Assembly: GCF_000150275.1 (NCBI RefSeq)
Contig: NW_002060953.1
Location: forward strand, 1,555,646-1,619,645
Direction of reading: 5' to 3'
Source: Trichoplax adhaerens
Lineage: Eukaryota; Animalia; Placozoa
DNA: 64,000 nt
Shown: in pieces, positions 48,835-60,559 of the stretch
How positions within the stretch are numbered: position 1 is the first letter of the stretch
How the letters are laid out: every line of letters starts with the position of its first letter
The notes under the pieces: generated by a model
Databases searched by the model: none
Seen by the model: only the letters and a program-made list of their open reading frames with translations
What the model was told of the DNA's origin: nothing
Program-made: the position numbers and the translations under genes

Positions 48835-49434
48835 ACATGCATTATTTATTTTTTTGATATGCCAAAATTATATGATATGATATAGATTATTTATTAAGTA
48901 TCGCCCATTGCTGTTGAACTATTTTATTTCAGGTTATTATAAATGCTAGTATTATAGCATTCTAAAACAATTGCCTGTAATAGAACATCTATAGAAAAAG
49001 AACTTCATTTATAGGAATAATACTTGCAATTATTGTAATACGTATGCATGTCTGTAGAACATGTACTCTTAAATATGTCTTTACAGGGTAGATAGTAATT
49101 TTTTAACTTATTTTCAAATATCAACTACAAAAATTAGATTACTGACTCATATTTTGATAGAGTCTTCAATTACTTCATTTCTTCTGTATATTACTATAGA
49201 TATTAAAAGCTAGCATCATTTTAAACACATAGATGTTATATAAGCGGTGATGTATCACCAAATATTGTTAATTTACCAGCCTTACATTTAGAATTATCGG
49301 TTTTGTCCATAATATTGTTACCAAGAAAACATGGAGAGTAGTAGTAATAATAACATTTTATTGCAACTAATTATTGAAAGGCATTTTCAGTAGCTTTTTA
49401 GAATGAACTTCTGTATTTGCACTAAAATACTACC

Positions 49435-51123
49435 CTAATTTTGCGCCTTACTCATGTTTCCAAGTAGATCAATATTAGATGCTCTCTTTACCGCTATTTC
49501 AAGCTGTCTAAAGTTTTTAAAAATTGTATAATTTGTAATTTCATCGATATCATTTCGTCGAGTATTTAATTCAGGTCGATAATAAATAGCATATATTATT
49601 GGCAAGTAGCATCATACTAATGTTATAAACCCATTACTTAATGAGATAACAGCTGCTACTATATCATGAAATTTTTTAGATGTAAATGCTAGGGCCGGAG
49701 TCGTAATAATAATAGTAAAAGAATACAAAGTGCAAGCTATGAAAGTATATCTTGCATCGTTTAAGTTATAAGGTAATGAACGGCAATGATAGCAAATTGC
49801 AAGACCTAAAATGATTAGTGTAGTCCAAATGGCAACAGCAGCTATAAAAGCTGGAGAAGTACCATAGCCACAAATATGTTCAATTAATAGGTACCAGTGC
49901 TGATCATGATGATGTTTTTTGGTTAGCAAGCTATTAAGCTTAAAATTATGGAATTAATTGCTAACATCATGGCCACAACAAATATTAACACATTCAGCGC
50001 TTCAAATAGTTTTCCTAATAGCGTCTTCCTACCATAATTTTTATTCAATATTATCATAATCTGACCAATATTTCTCATTAAGATTACTGCCGTCCAAATT
50101 TGACTGTTACTAAAAAGGACTATTTGTACTGAACATAACAATGAATCTTTATGAACTAAGAGTAGTGCTGCGGATGGAAGGCATAATGTAGTATATGGTA
50201 AGAGTAGATTTAATTAAGAGGAAGTTGCTGCCCTTTATGATTGGTGTATTTCGCTTTACAATGATAAATATCCAAATAAATAATAACAGAATAATATACT
50301 ATATGTTATTGTTAGGCAATAGAATGCCATCGAAAAGATCCGTAATAACTTGGAATAAGTAATCTGATATGTCAGACATAGGGTATTATTTTCATTTAGG
50401 GCAGTCAAAATTGCTGCATGAAGTAAATTTTACTTGATTGGTGATTGTACATATGGTAGAACATATACATCGATTGCACATCCAGCAACACAGTGAAAAG
50501 CTCATTTTATGCTTACCATTAACACTAGTAAAGTAGCAAGGTGGACAGTCCTCGCTACAGTGCGCTAATGGAAATTCTCCACCATTCCAAATTATTGCTG
50601 TTGTATTGATCGCTAGCCTTTTCTTTGTACAGCATTTGCCAATACGTATTAGATCAAGACTACTTCTATTTGAATGGTAGTGCTGTTGTATTAGAATAAC
50701 ATCAAATGAAATTGATCTAATACTATCCGATCCAAAATTAATGTCAGTGTACCACTTTCCTTTAGATCGGATCTTTTGTTCATAATCATTTATTTTAGAA
50801 CGATCGTGATATAGTTTGTCTATATTAAATGATGGTCAATGCCTTAAACTACACCATAGTAAGTTATGAAGGGCTTGGGCTAAAGACAAAACGGCATCCA
50901 TAACCGAAAAGGATGTAGAATTAACTGTATGCAATGCTTGCATATCATTCTGTTTTAATTTTTGATAGGATTGCAATTCAACATGGCAGCTATAAAGCTA
51001 TAACCTGCAGACTTTAATTTCTTAGAACAAGCGCTAATAAACCAAGAATTTTCAACATATTACATAGATTTAATTTTTTCGTTTACGCGTTAAAGCTTTT
51101 AAATAATGACATGGGATATTCGA
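49435..51123 (-). pseudogene. Class C GPCR pseudogene, 3' part (late VFT, CRD, 7TM, C-tail)
   Basis: Recognisable fragments LNLC, VMDAVLSLAQALHNLL, CSEDCPP, CCWMC, TPIIKG, RSLPYNLNDARY, YYRPELNT, broken by in-frame stops and frameshifts (ORF pieces 49612-49929 and 49923-50141). Homology ends abruptly at ~51123. Confidence 0.88.
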
Positions 51124-51684
51124 ATAATAGAAATAACACTGAGACTTAACCGGTAAAGGCTATTCTTACTTTTATTAACTTCGCCATGAGAATTAGTTTC
51201 TTGAAAACTTAACAAGCTTGAGTATACCGCAGTATTAATTTTATAAAACCTTATCCTTAATTCATTCCTTACTATTAAGTCTTAACTATTGCAATAAAGT
51301 ATTATATCTGATTCTACTATTTAATGATCCCGCGATTGATCATCTAGCAATATTAGCGCATAAAATTAGTTTATTACTTAATTTTGTCTCTAAATAAATA
51401 TTACGGTAGCAGACTCAGACTATATAATCTATATACATAGCTAGATATCAGGCTGAATTCCTCTAAAGAAATCAGTCTTTTCATCCTTCATTACATATTT
51501 TGACGAAACACAATAGTCAATTTATCGTCAGTGGCCAATTCATTTTAAAGCTCAATCTAATATAGTTAACAGTGCTTCCTAAAGCTTTACGCACAAGATG
51601 GCTCCTACGAATGAAAAATTCCAAGCTAGCAATGATTGCCATCCCTTGGTTTGACAGTATCATTCTGTAATTAATGAGATATGT

Positions 51685-51900
51685 TTCTACCGCCTTCTGA
51701 GGTGACTTTTATTCTCACTTAAGGCTTTACGAGCTATCACCTCTACATTATATACTAACAGAACTCGACTATCCTATCGTCTAAGTACCGTATAACATCC
51801 TTAACACCACTAGTCCACTTAGGTCTAGCACCATATCTCACCTTTGATTAATTATCGGAGCTTCACCGTAGAACCAAGTTCCTGCATTTCGGCGACCAAT
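51685..51900 (-). mobile_element. Possible decayed Ty3/Gypsy integrase C-terminal (GPY/F-region) remnant
   Basis: Minus-strand fragments RYGARPKWTSGV and, after a frameshift, YNVEVIARK..SHLRRR* resemble the KW.xG...SY.V......HLR pattern of gypsy integrase tails; heavily disrupted. Confidence 0.3.
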
Positions 51901-53119
51901 TAATTTAGATATCACGTTATTAATATTCGCTAGATATAAAGTATAATCTACCGCCTGGACTTAGAAGATAAACATCTAATTTATAAAATTTTTTTGTTTA
52001 TATTTAATTTTGTTCGTAATTATATCTATCTTTTTCATTAATTTAAGTAAAAGTTATTTTGCTTTTATGAAGAGGAGAATGTTAGCTAGAATATTTGATC
52101 TTGATTCGTATTTAGCACAGTTATGTTAGTAATTACCGCTAGATATGATTATCTACTAATATCCGTAGCTATGCAACATCCCGGATTTAGATGTACTCCA
52201 AGAAATTGATCAAAATCAGTGGTATAGCAAAGCGTTCACTTAAGAGCTATTTTTATAATGTTTTCTAAATGCACATCCATAAAAAAAGATGCTTTGCATT
52301 ATCTAAATACAAGCTATGCAAGCATTTACAGAAAATAGACCTTAAAAATATGTGATATTAAGATTTCAGGCCGATCAATCATGCATACTTTGCTAATAAA
52401 ATGTGCAACGATTTTAAATCAGGCACAGATTTACCAATTAAAAGCACGAGTTGTAATAATTAAACGACTAATTATTTAATACTTGATTTCAACATTAATC
52501 CCTTTGAATTGCTTACCACCTGGATTTAGAGGAAAAACATCTGTTCTTTTAATTTTATAGTTGTATAGAATTTTGTTCGTAAACGATAACTAGATTTGTT
52601 CGTTAATTAAGTAATTATCTCTTACATAGAGTAAAGTGTAAACCCAAATTTTGATCTGGATTTGCAAATTAAAGAAGTTGATCTTTTTCAATTTTATCAC
52701 AAATACTAGTTCTTACTGTAATATTTTGAAGACTTCCTATCGCAATAGCTTAAATCAAAAAATCTAACATAGAACAGCGTCCTTAAATTAGAAACTAGAT
52801 CAAAAATTCTGGTTTACATTGTGCTTTCCTGTAAACTAAAACAATTTCTACTTTAATTGATAAATAAAGCTATTCATCACGACGAAAATACTCAAAAAAT
52901 ATTTTATCTTGATACAAGCACAAGTACTACGCTAAGAAAATGTATCAGTAATTTTCTATTTTTACGATTGACAATATTTAACAAATACATTAGATTACCT
53001 AAAATTGCTAAATTATAGCAAAGATAAAATCGTAGGCTTCACAACGGGCTCAATTAGGAAATAAAGCTACTTCAAAAATCTAATAGAATAAGTGTTGTTA
53101 AATCTGCAAAAATAATTAC

Positions 53120-54551
53120 ATGTAGTAAAGGACTAAAAGTAGAGTCCTTTATACCTTTCAGTATGAATCTAATATTATTTTATTATAGAAAATACCTAGA
53201 AAGCGATAGTGTCTTTAAGTTTTACCTTGACAAATCATCATGTCGCCATCTTTTCTTCTTCATTACTTTACAAGGTATTATATAGATTACTATACAAGTA
53301 GCCCTAGAGCAATTGCCTAATCTAAAGAAAGGGCGTTTGATCGTCTATTCAAATTGTAAAGGAATTTGACTTAGTAACAAAACCCTATCCTTAGAGAAAG
53401 GGGATTTATAACATGACGATAAAGTACTGTAATGTAGTCTATAATCGTATAGTTACCGTACAATCTGACGCTAAAACATCAACTGTCAACACTCAGCGAT
53501 ACTAATGTCAGAAAAGTAGTCGTAGTAGTCATATAAAATTTTTTTGATAAGCGATTACTGTGATCTTTATAAAATCCGGATTTTTCGGATTCGGATTCTG
53601 GAACCGGTCGGATTTATGTCCGATATAATTTTCCTGTTTTAATTTTTGGATTTTAATTTATGAAAAATATCGTAAGAGTTGATTTTTGAATATGAACTTT
53701 TTGTTGTGAATTTGTTACTTTGGAATTTTATGACGTGACTTGAAAGTCACATTAGCAGAGTTTAGTGAGGAAAATAGAAAATAAGATGGAAGTTGGCAGA
53801 GATTGTGTTGATTGTTAAGTAGTTAGACTGTTGTTTTTATGACTAAATCTTGATGTTTAAAGGTTGATTTTTAGACTTTTATGGTGCATTAATGAGAAAT
53901 TGTGATGGAGGGTTCGATATCTCAGAGGATTGAGATTTAGTCGCCATTTACAATTATTGCAACAAAGGGTTTATAAAAGTTATGCTTTATTGTAGGTTAG
54001 TAATGTGAAGTACAGTGAGGTAGTTACGGTAGATCAGCGTGCAAGCTGTCGTGTGTAACGAGTAGAAGTATTAGACTGTGAGAAACTAACTAGAAGACTA
54101 ACTGAGAGGCTAATGAACTCTGAGGTAGAAATCGCCGGTATTTATAGTTTTGAAGATAGAGCACATGCAGAGAATCGGATTGTGGAATTTGATACAACAT
54201 ATACCATAACAGGTTACAAAATAGCAGATGATTGTAGAAAACAGCGAGTACCGTAATAACTAAATACAGTAGTCTATATATGAATGTAGAGTAAGCGGAC
54301 TGTAGATCTGTCTAAATATAAGAGCAATACAACATGTCTATATTTAAGGGTAGAATATAGTTACAGTATATTCTAAATACACTACAGAAATTATGTTAGA
54401 AGTGAAGTTTGATGTATTTTCATAGTTAACTTGTTGGTTTTATAGTGTTTTGTTAGGGAATCATAGGGTAAATTGTGTCTCAACTTTGAGTGATTTTTGT
54501 TTTCTTAAATGGTACAAAGTAGTTTAGTAAAACGGATCTTAAGAGCGATTG
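53120..54551. repeat. Long direct repeat, copy 1 (partner 58411-59446)
   Basis: Shared blocks from TGTAGTAAA(A)GGACTAAAAGTAGAGTCC to AAACGGATCTTAAGAGCGATTG; internal CCGGA/TCCGA short repeats. Confidence 0.88.
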
Positions 54552-55129
54552 TGTAGTGTTTACTTCTAAATACGGTATAGTCTATTTTTAGTAAAAGTCA
54601 ATTTCCACTAGATTGTAGCATAACTCTAAATATGTATATGGCGTCTACTTTACAGTTATGTTATTATAGAAAATTAATTATAGAAAAGTATTATAGAAAA
54701 GTCAATACTGTATTCTTTAAAAATCTTAACAAAAGCCAGAAAAATACATTAACTTGCCACGCCCTAACTCACAGTATCAGGAATTAGGATTATTATTTTT
54801 GATATAATGTGCCATATGCTCAAATCTTTAATAATTAAATTCTTTTTACTTATACGATGATTTTACTTGAGATAATAAGAACGGGCACAGTACTTATAAA
54901 TAAGCCTTACATACTAAAAAGCACAACATTTTTAGATTATAGTATGATATCAATTAAAGTCTGAAAGATTCCCTTACTTTAATGCCGGCTTTTGCATTAC
55001 AAATGTTCTCCTTGTGTTGGCAGAATTGTCAAAAAGTAAATCTTTACCTATTAAGTATGTATGCTAAACATACATTATGATGACCGAAAAATTACATTTG
55101 CTTTATCTTATCTTTGTGTAAACATAGCC

Positions 55130-57805
55130 ATGAAAAAATTTGCCAAAACTCCTTTTATTATACTGATATCTTGCTACTTGATCTTTTCTAATCAATCTAT
55201 TAATAATGCTTCGGAAAAAGCTAATTTTCAAATTATTGGAATCTTTCCTAATTCACTAAATTATAACTATTCATTTAAGAAATGCTCTAATTATAGTATG
55301 CTTAATATACAACTAACACAAGCCAGTATCTATGCTATCGAAATGCTAGTCAATAACAATTCAAATTTACTACCTGGTATAAAACTTGGATTAACAATAA
55401 TCGATTCTTGTTCTTCGCCACAACTGGCTATGTCTTCGCTATCAACAAAATTAATATTATTGCCTAAACAACAAAATTACGATCAGTATAATTGCTCTGG
55501 ATCGTCTACAAATACTCACGATCTTTATTCTAGCGGGTCACAGGTATTAAATCGTAGCAACACTGATCATTCCCATATTTTGGGTGTTCTTGCAGAAAAA
55601 TCTGAACATATCACGACATCATTGGCTTCTTACACTAGTAGTCTACGTATTATTCAGATTGGTTATAATTCTTTTAATCCTGCATTGAATAATCGTAAAT
55701 TCTTCCCCTATTTCTATCGTACTTCTCCATCTCCAGATGTCCAAACGAAAATCATAATCGACGTTCTAACCCGAATGAAATGGAATTGGATATGTATTGT
55801 TCTTGCAATATCAAATAATTTAGATTCAGCCGTCGTAAAATTTGATTTACAGTTACGACAACATGGTATTTGTATAGCATATAAGGCAATCCTCTATGAT
55901 AAAAATACTACCTCGGATTTTAGAAGTGTCATTACAGCAATAAGAAATCAGCAACGGACAAATGTTATCGCTTTATTAGGAGATGAAAATATTGTATTCA
56001 GATTTTTAAAGGAAGCTGAAAATCAAAATTTAGAGGGTAAAACATGGATTGGTTCTTACAGTTGGATGCTTTCTTCAAGAATTAAAAATATCAATTCTAG
56101 CGTAATTGATGGAGTATTAGGTGCTGGTCCAAATATGAAAAGAATAAACAATTTTGATCAATACTTAAATCATCTTGATTTATGTAATAATGTAAAAAAT
56201 CCTTGGTTTGTACGTGCTATACACCAACATTTACAATCTTTAAGAAATCGTAGAGATCAAGCTAACAAGACGAGCTGTAAGATTGATTATCACGTCAAAC
56301 AAAATTTTGCACATTCATTTTACACTGTTAATCCTATTTCAGCGTCTGTCATAGATAGTGTTCTAGCTTTAGCTCATACCTTACATGATCAATTAGGCTG
56401 CAATACAAGTTATTGTCCGTCGATTGATAATTTACATTTCGATTCGAATTATCAATATAAGTATAACGAATTCTTTAAAAAGGTAAAGTTTAAAACCTTT
56501 ACAGACGAGTTTTTCTATTTTCAGTCCGATGGAAGTAGTTCACTTAATATCGATATTATTAATTTTAAATCAGTCAATAAAAATAATAAATCTGCAATAA
56601 TTCCCGTCAGTATAGGTAGCTGGAGTGAAGAATTTGGCTTAAATATAAATATCCAAATGATAAATTGGAATGGTAATAAACCATGGTATGAGATACCAAA
56701 AGCGCAATGTTCAGATAATTGTCAGCCGGGTTCATATCGTGTTAATAATCCCAATATCACAGTACTTAATCAAAGATGCTGCTGGTTATGTGTATCTTGT
56801 AAATCACAAAGTATTAGCACCACCATAAATTCACTAGATTGCCAGGAATGTACAAATTTCACGAAAGCCAATAAAAATAAAACCGAATGTATCGATATGG
56901 AACTTCAGCCATTTAGCTGGAACAGTAGTGCTATCATCACATTTTATATAACAGCGGCGCTATATACGATAATGGTGTTCTTTATTTGGTCATTAATGAT
57001 TATGTATCGTACAACACCAGTAGTTAAAGGATCTAATTTTGTATTGATTAATATTTTATTAAGTTTTATAGCTCTCGATATTCCATCAACTATAATCCAG
57101 TTTTTGCCTGTTTCTCAGCTAATATGTCAGTGGCAAATAATAGTAATAGCCTTTACACAGCTTGGTATAATGACAACGGTGATATGTAAAACTATACAAA
57201 TCTGGTTAATATTTCGAAATTCAATCGGTCAAAATTCTCTACTATCAAAGCTTACGAAAACCAAGAGTCAAGTCATGTTGATTATTATTCTCTTGACAAT
57301 TTTCTTGATTTTCATATTGTTGCTAACTATTTTGCGGCCAATAGCAATCACGACAAGAATTACAGCTGATAATTATATCAACTTAAGCTGTGATTATGCT
57401 AATTCTCCAGCATTAACGGTATCACTTGGACTTTCATTTATATTATCCGTTGTAAGCTTGATATTAGCTTTTCAGGTTAGGTCATTTCCCCACAATTTCA
57501 ATGAAGCTCGATACATCTTTTTAGCCACGTTCTTACTTAATATCTCAGCTGCGATTTCCGTACCGACATATTTTTCACTACGTGGTGAAATGAAGCAAAT
57601 GCTGGGTTATTTTTCCAGTCTTGGTCAAGGACTAATTCCTCTAATTTGCTTTTTTATCCCGAAAGTATACATTATTTTTTATCGGCCCGAACTAAATACA
57701 CGTCAAGAAGCAGTTACGAGTGTGGCCAACTTTTCATTCAACAACTATCGAATTTCTGGTAAGGATAGTATAGCTGGTGAAATACGAGAATCTTCTATAA
57801 ATTAA
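55130..57805 (+). CDS. Class C GPCR, single exon, ~891 aa; paralog 7, the only intact + strand copy
   Basis: ORF opens at ATG 55061; GCCATG at 55130 precedes the signal peptide (MKKFAKTPFIILISCYLIFS). LLPGIKLGLTIIDSC, FPYFYRTSPS, CSDNCQPG..CCWLC, TPVVKGSN, FPHNFNEAR, PKVYIIFYRPELN. Confidence 0.92.
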   Translation: MKKFAKTPFIILISCYLIFSNQSINNASEKANFQIIGIFPNSLNYNYSFKKCSNYSMLNIQLTQASIYAIEMLVNNNSNLLPGIKLGLTIIDSCSSPQLAMSSLSTKLILLPKQQNYDQYNCSGSSTNTHDLYSSGSQVLNRSNTDHSHILGVLAEKSEHITTSLASYTSSLRIIQIGYNSFNPALNNRKFFPYFYRTSPSPDVQTKIIIDVLTRMKWNWICIVLAISNNLDSAVVKFDLQLRQHGICIAYKAILYDKNTTSDFRSVITAIRNQQRTNVIALLGDENIVFRFLKEAENQNLEGKTWIGSYSWMLSSRIKNINSSVIDGVLGAGPNMKRINNFDQYLNHLDLCNNVKNPWFVRAIHQHLQSLRNRRDQANKTSCKIDYHVKQNFAHSFYTVNPISASVIDSVLALAHTLHDQLGCNTSYCPSIDNLHFDSNYQYKYNEFFKKVKFKTFTDEFFYFQSDGSSSLNIDIINFKSVNKNNKSAIIPVSIGSWSEEFGLNINIQMINWNGNKPWYEIPKAQCSDNCQPGSYRVNNPNITVLNQRCCWLCVSCKSQSISTTINSLDCQECTNFTKANKNKTECIDMELQPFSWNSSAIITFYITAALYTIMVFFIWSLMIMYRTTPVVKGSNFVLINILLSFIALDIPSTIIQFLPVSQLICQWQIIVIAFTQLGIMTTVICKTIQIWLIFRNSIGQNSLLSKLTKTKSQVMLIIILLTIFLIFILLLTILRPIAITTRITADNYINLSCDYANSPALTVSLGLSFILSVVSLILAFQVRSFPHNFNEARYIFLATFLLNISAAISVPTYFSLRGEMKQMLGYFSSLGQGLIPLICFFIPKVYIIFYRPELNTRQEAVTSVANFSFNNYRISGKDSIAGEIRESSIN

Positions 57806-58410
57806 TCGAATACATAACCTTTCTATAACTTTTACCATTATTAGATTCACTAAATTGTTATAATTAGTAATTAAGTAGCGAAATATCATATTCACCATTA
57901 GTTCTTCATGTCACTAGTAACTGTACGTAAATGTTCAACGGTATTATTGTGGTTTAGCTGTATGACACTGATAACACTAATATAAGATGGAATGTACTGG
58001 AAACACCAGAGAAACATACTATATATAAGCCATAGAGATTAGAAATAAAGGCAGATTATACATATGCATTCAAATGAAGTCTAACCAAATTAAAAATAAG
58101 TTAACGTTTAATATAGCAATCTCATGGGCATTACTTGAAATATTAATTATTTTATAAATAAAGTATACGCAGATGGATACGTATACTAGTTTAGTATATA
58201 TTATTAGCTGGTTTATATCATGCTGCATCTTTAGGTGTATTAAAGCACCGAATCTTAATTGATGTCATAAAATTAATGGAATACAGTATTAAAGCACGAC
58301 GTTTTCGGTTTGAATGTGATATTTTCCTCGTATCTGCTAATAAAAAAATTTATGGTACAACCGAAAGTTTTGCACAAACTTTGCTGAAAGTTTACTCTTG
58401 TGATAGTTTA

Positions 58411-59446
58411 ATGTAGTAAAAGGACTAAAAGTAGAGTCCTTTGTAGTTCTTAGTACGTAATTAGTATTATTTTACTATAGAAAATACCTAGAAAGTGATA
58501 GTGTCTTTAAGTTTTACCCTGCCAAATCATTATGTCGCCATCTTTTCTTCTTCATTATTTTACAAGGTATTATATAGATTACTATAGAAGTAGCCCTATA
58601 GAGCAAATGCCTAATCTAAAGAAAGGGCGTTTGATCGTCTATTCAAATTGTAAAGGAATTTGACTTAGTAGCAAAACCCTATCCTTAGAGAAAGGGGATT
58701 TATAACATGACGATAAAGTACTGTAATAAAGTCTATAATCGTATAGTTACCGTACAATCTGACGCTAAAACATCAACTGTCAATACTCGCGAATACTAAG
58801 CGATACTAATGCGGTTAATGTCAGAAAAGTAGTCGTAATAGTCATATAAATTTTTTTGATAAGCGATTACAGTGATCTTTATAAAAACCAAATTTTTCCG
58901 GATTTGTGTCCGATATAGTTTTCGGATTCTGCGACCGGTTGGGTTTGTGTCCGATATAATTTTCTTGTTTTGGAACCGGTCGGGTTTATTTTTAATTTAT
59001 GTCTGAATTATAATTTTTTTGTTTTAATTTTTGGATTTTTATTCATGAAAAATATCGTAAGAGTTGATTTTTGAGATTTGGACTTTTTGTTATGAATTTG
59101 AAACTTTGGAATTTTATGACGTGACTTGAAGTCACATTAGGAGATATAGTGAGGAAAGTAGAAAATAAGATGGAAATTGGCAGAGGTTGTGTTGATTGTT
59201 AGGTAGTTAGAATGTTGTTTTTATGACTAAATCTTGATGTTTAAAGGTTGATTTTTAGACTTTTATAGTGTATTAATGATAGAAATTATGTTAGAAATGA
59301 AGTTTGATGTATTTTTATAGTTAGCTTGTTAGGTTTATAGCGTTTTGTAAGGGAATCGTAGGGTAAATTGTGTCTGAACTTTGAATAATTGTTGTTTTCT
59401 TAAATGGTGCAAAGTAGTTTTGTAAAACGGATCTTAAGAGCGATTG
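58411..59446. repeat. Long direct repeat, copy 2, lacking ~490 bp present in copy 1
   Basis: Aligns by eye to 53120-53895 and 54386-54551; the deletion joins two AGAAATT microhomologies. Confidence 0.88.
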
Positions 59447-60559
59447 GTTAGCAAATGTTTAGTTTTAAATACCTCTGACGGCTCTACGAAGCCTATAAAT
59501 GATAGTACAATTAGAAAGTTTAGAGAGAGAGTAGAAGAAGGTTTTATTTGAAGAACTTGTTGAATTTAAAAGCCTTCGGGGTCGAATTGTCGTAAGTTAA
59601 AACGTTCTTCTTTTTTTGAAAGGTTGTTTGGTCGTTGACAGTTTTTAAGTCTGTCATTTATTTTATTAATACTTAAAGCTAAGTATTTGTAAGGTTGTTC
59701 GGTTTATACTTCTCTCCATTTTTGTTTTGTAATAAATTGTTGTTCGGTTATTTCCCCAAATTTTATTTGGTGTCAAAGCATTAGCGTTAAGTCGACCGGA
59801 GTGCAACGAAAGTAGAATCAAAGTTTGTTAAAGTTTTGTAGCTTGATCTCTACACTAGTCATTTCATTACATTAATCAATGTTCATTCTGAAACTTGCAT
59901 TTAAATCTTATAGTCTATAGTAAAGAGGCCTGAAAATTTTTTTGTGCCAATAAATATCATAGTGTAGCCTAATGGTGATCGATAAAAAAAAAATTTCTTG
60001 TCTCAAAAGATGAATAAAATTTAATTACTTAGCCAACCTTGTGATTTTATTGTAGTAAAATACGCTATGAAATACTAACACAAGTGGTGATGTTAGATTA
60101 GCCAGGTTTTGACAATGTAAAGCAATCATATTTCATATTCGTTATTAACTTCGATTCAAAGCATAAACTTTTCAATAAATGAATAACCCTACTTTATCGT
60201 TTTAAATTGATATTTAAGATAAGTTAGATAACTACGTAACTAATTCATTTCTGAACTAGAAATTTCAGTAAATAGCAGTATAGTAATGGTGAATTAGCTC
60301 TCGATGCAATTAAAGTTAGGTATTAGCTGATGAAAGCGTAATAATTCCATATTTAAATAAAGTTAGAGGATTTTCATAAGAAGAATTCATAATTGAAGAT
60401 TATCTCAGTTCAAAATGGTAATCATCAATTTCATTGCCAGTAAAATAGTATCGCTACCCTTATTTCAGTATGTGGTTTAATTTACAGAAAAAGTAGACCT
60501 GGACACCAAGGTTACTCTTATTGTAATCTAAACTTTAATTTAACTCCAATCTTATCACT

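Noticed and set aside
53121-54386. Solo LTR reading (TGTAGT...ACTACA termini)
   Set aside because: No target-site duplication, and homology with the second copy continues past the putative 3' end.
5075-57805. Assigning GRM, CASR or V2R gene symbols to the receptors
   Set aside because: Diagnostic ligand-binding residues are absent and orthology cannot be established without a phylogeny.
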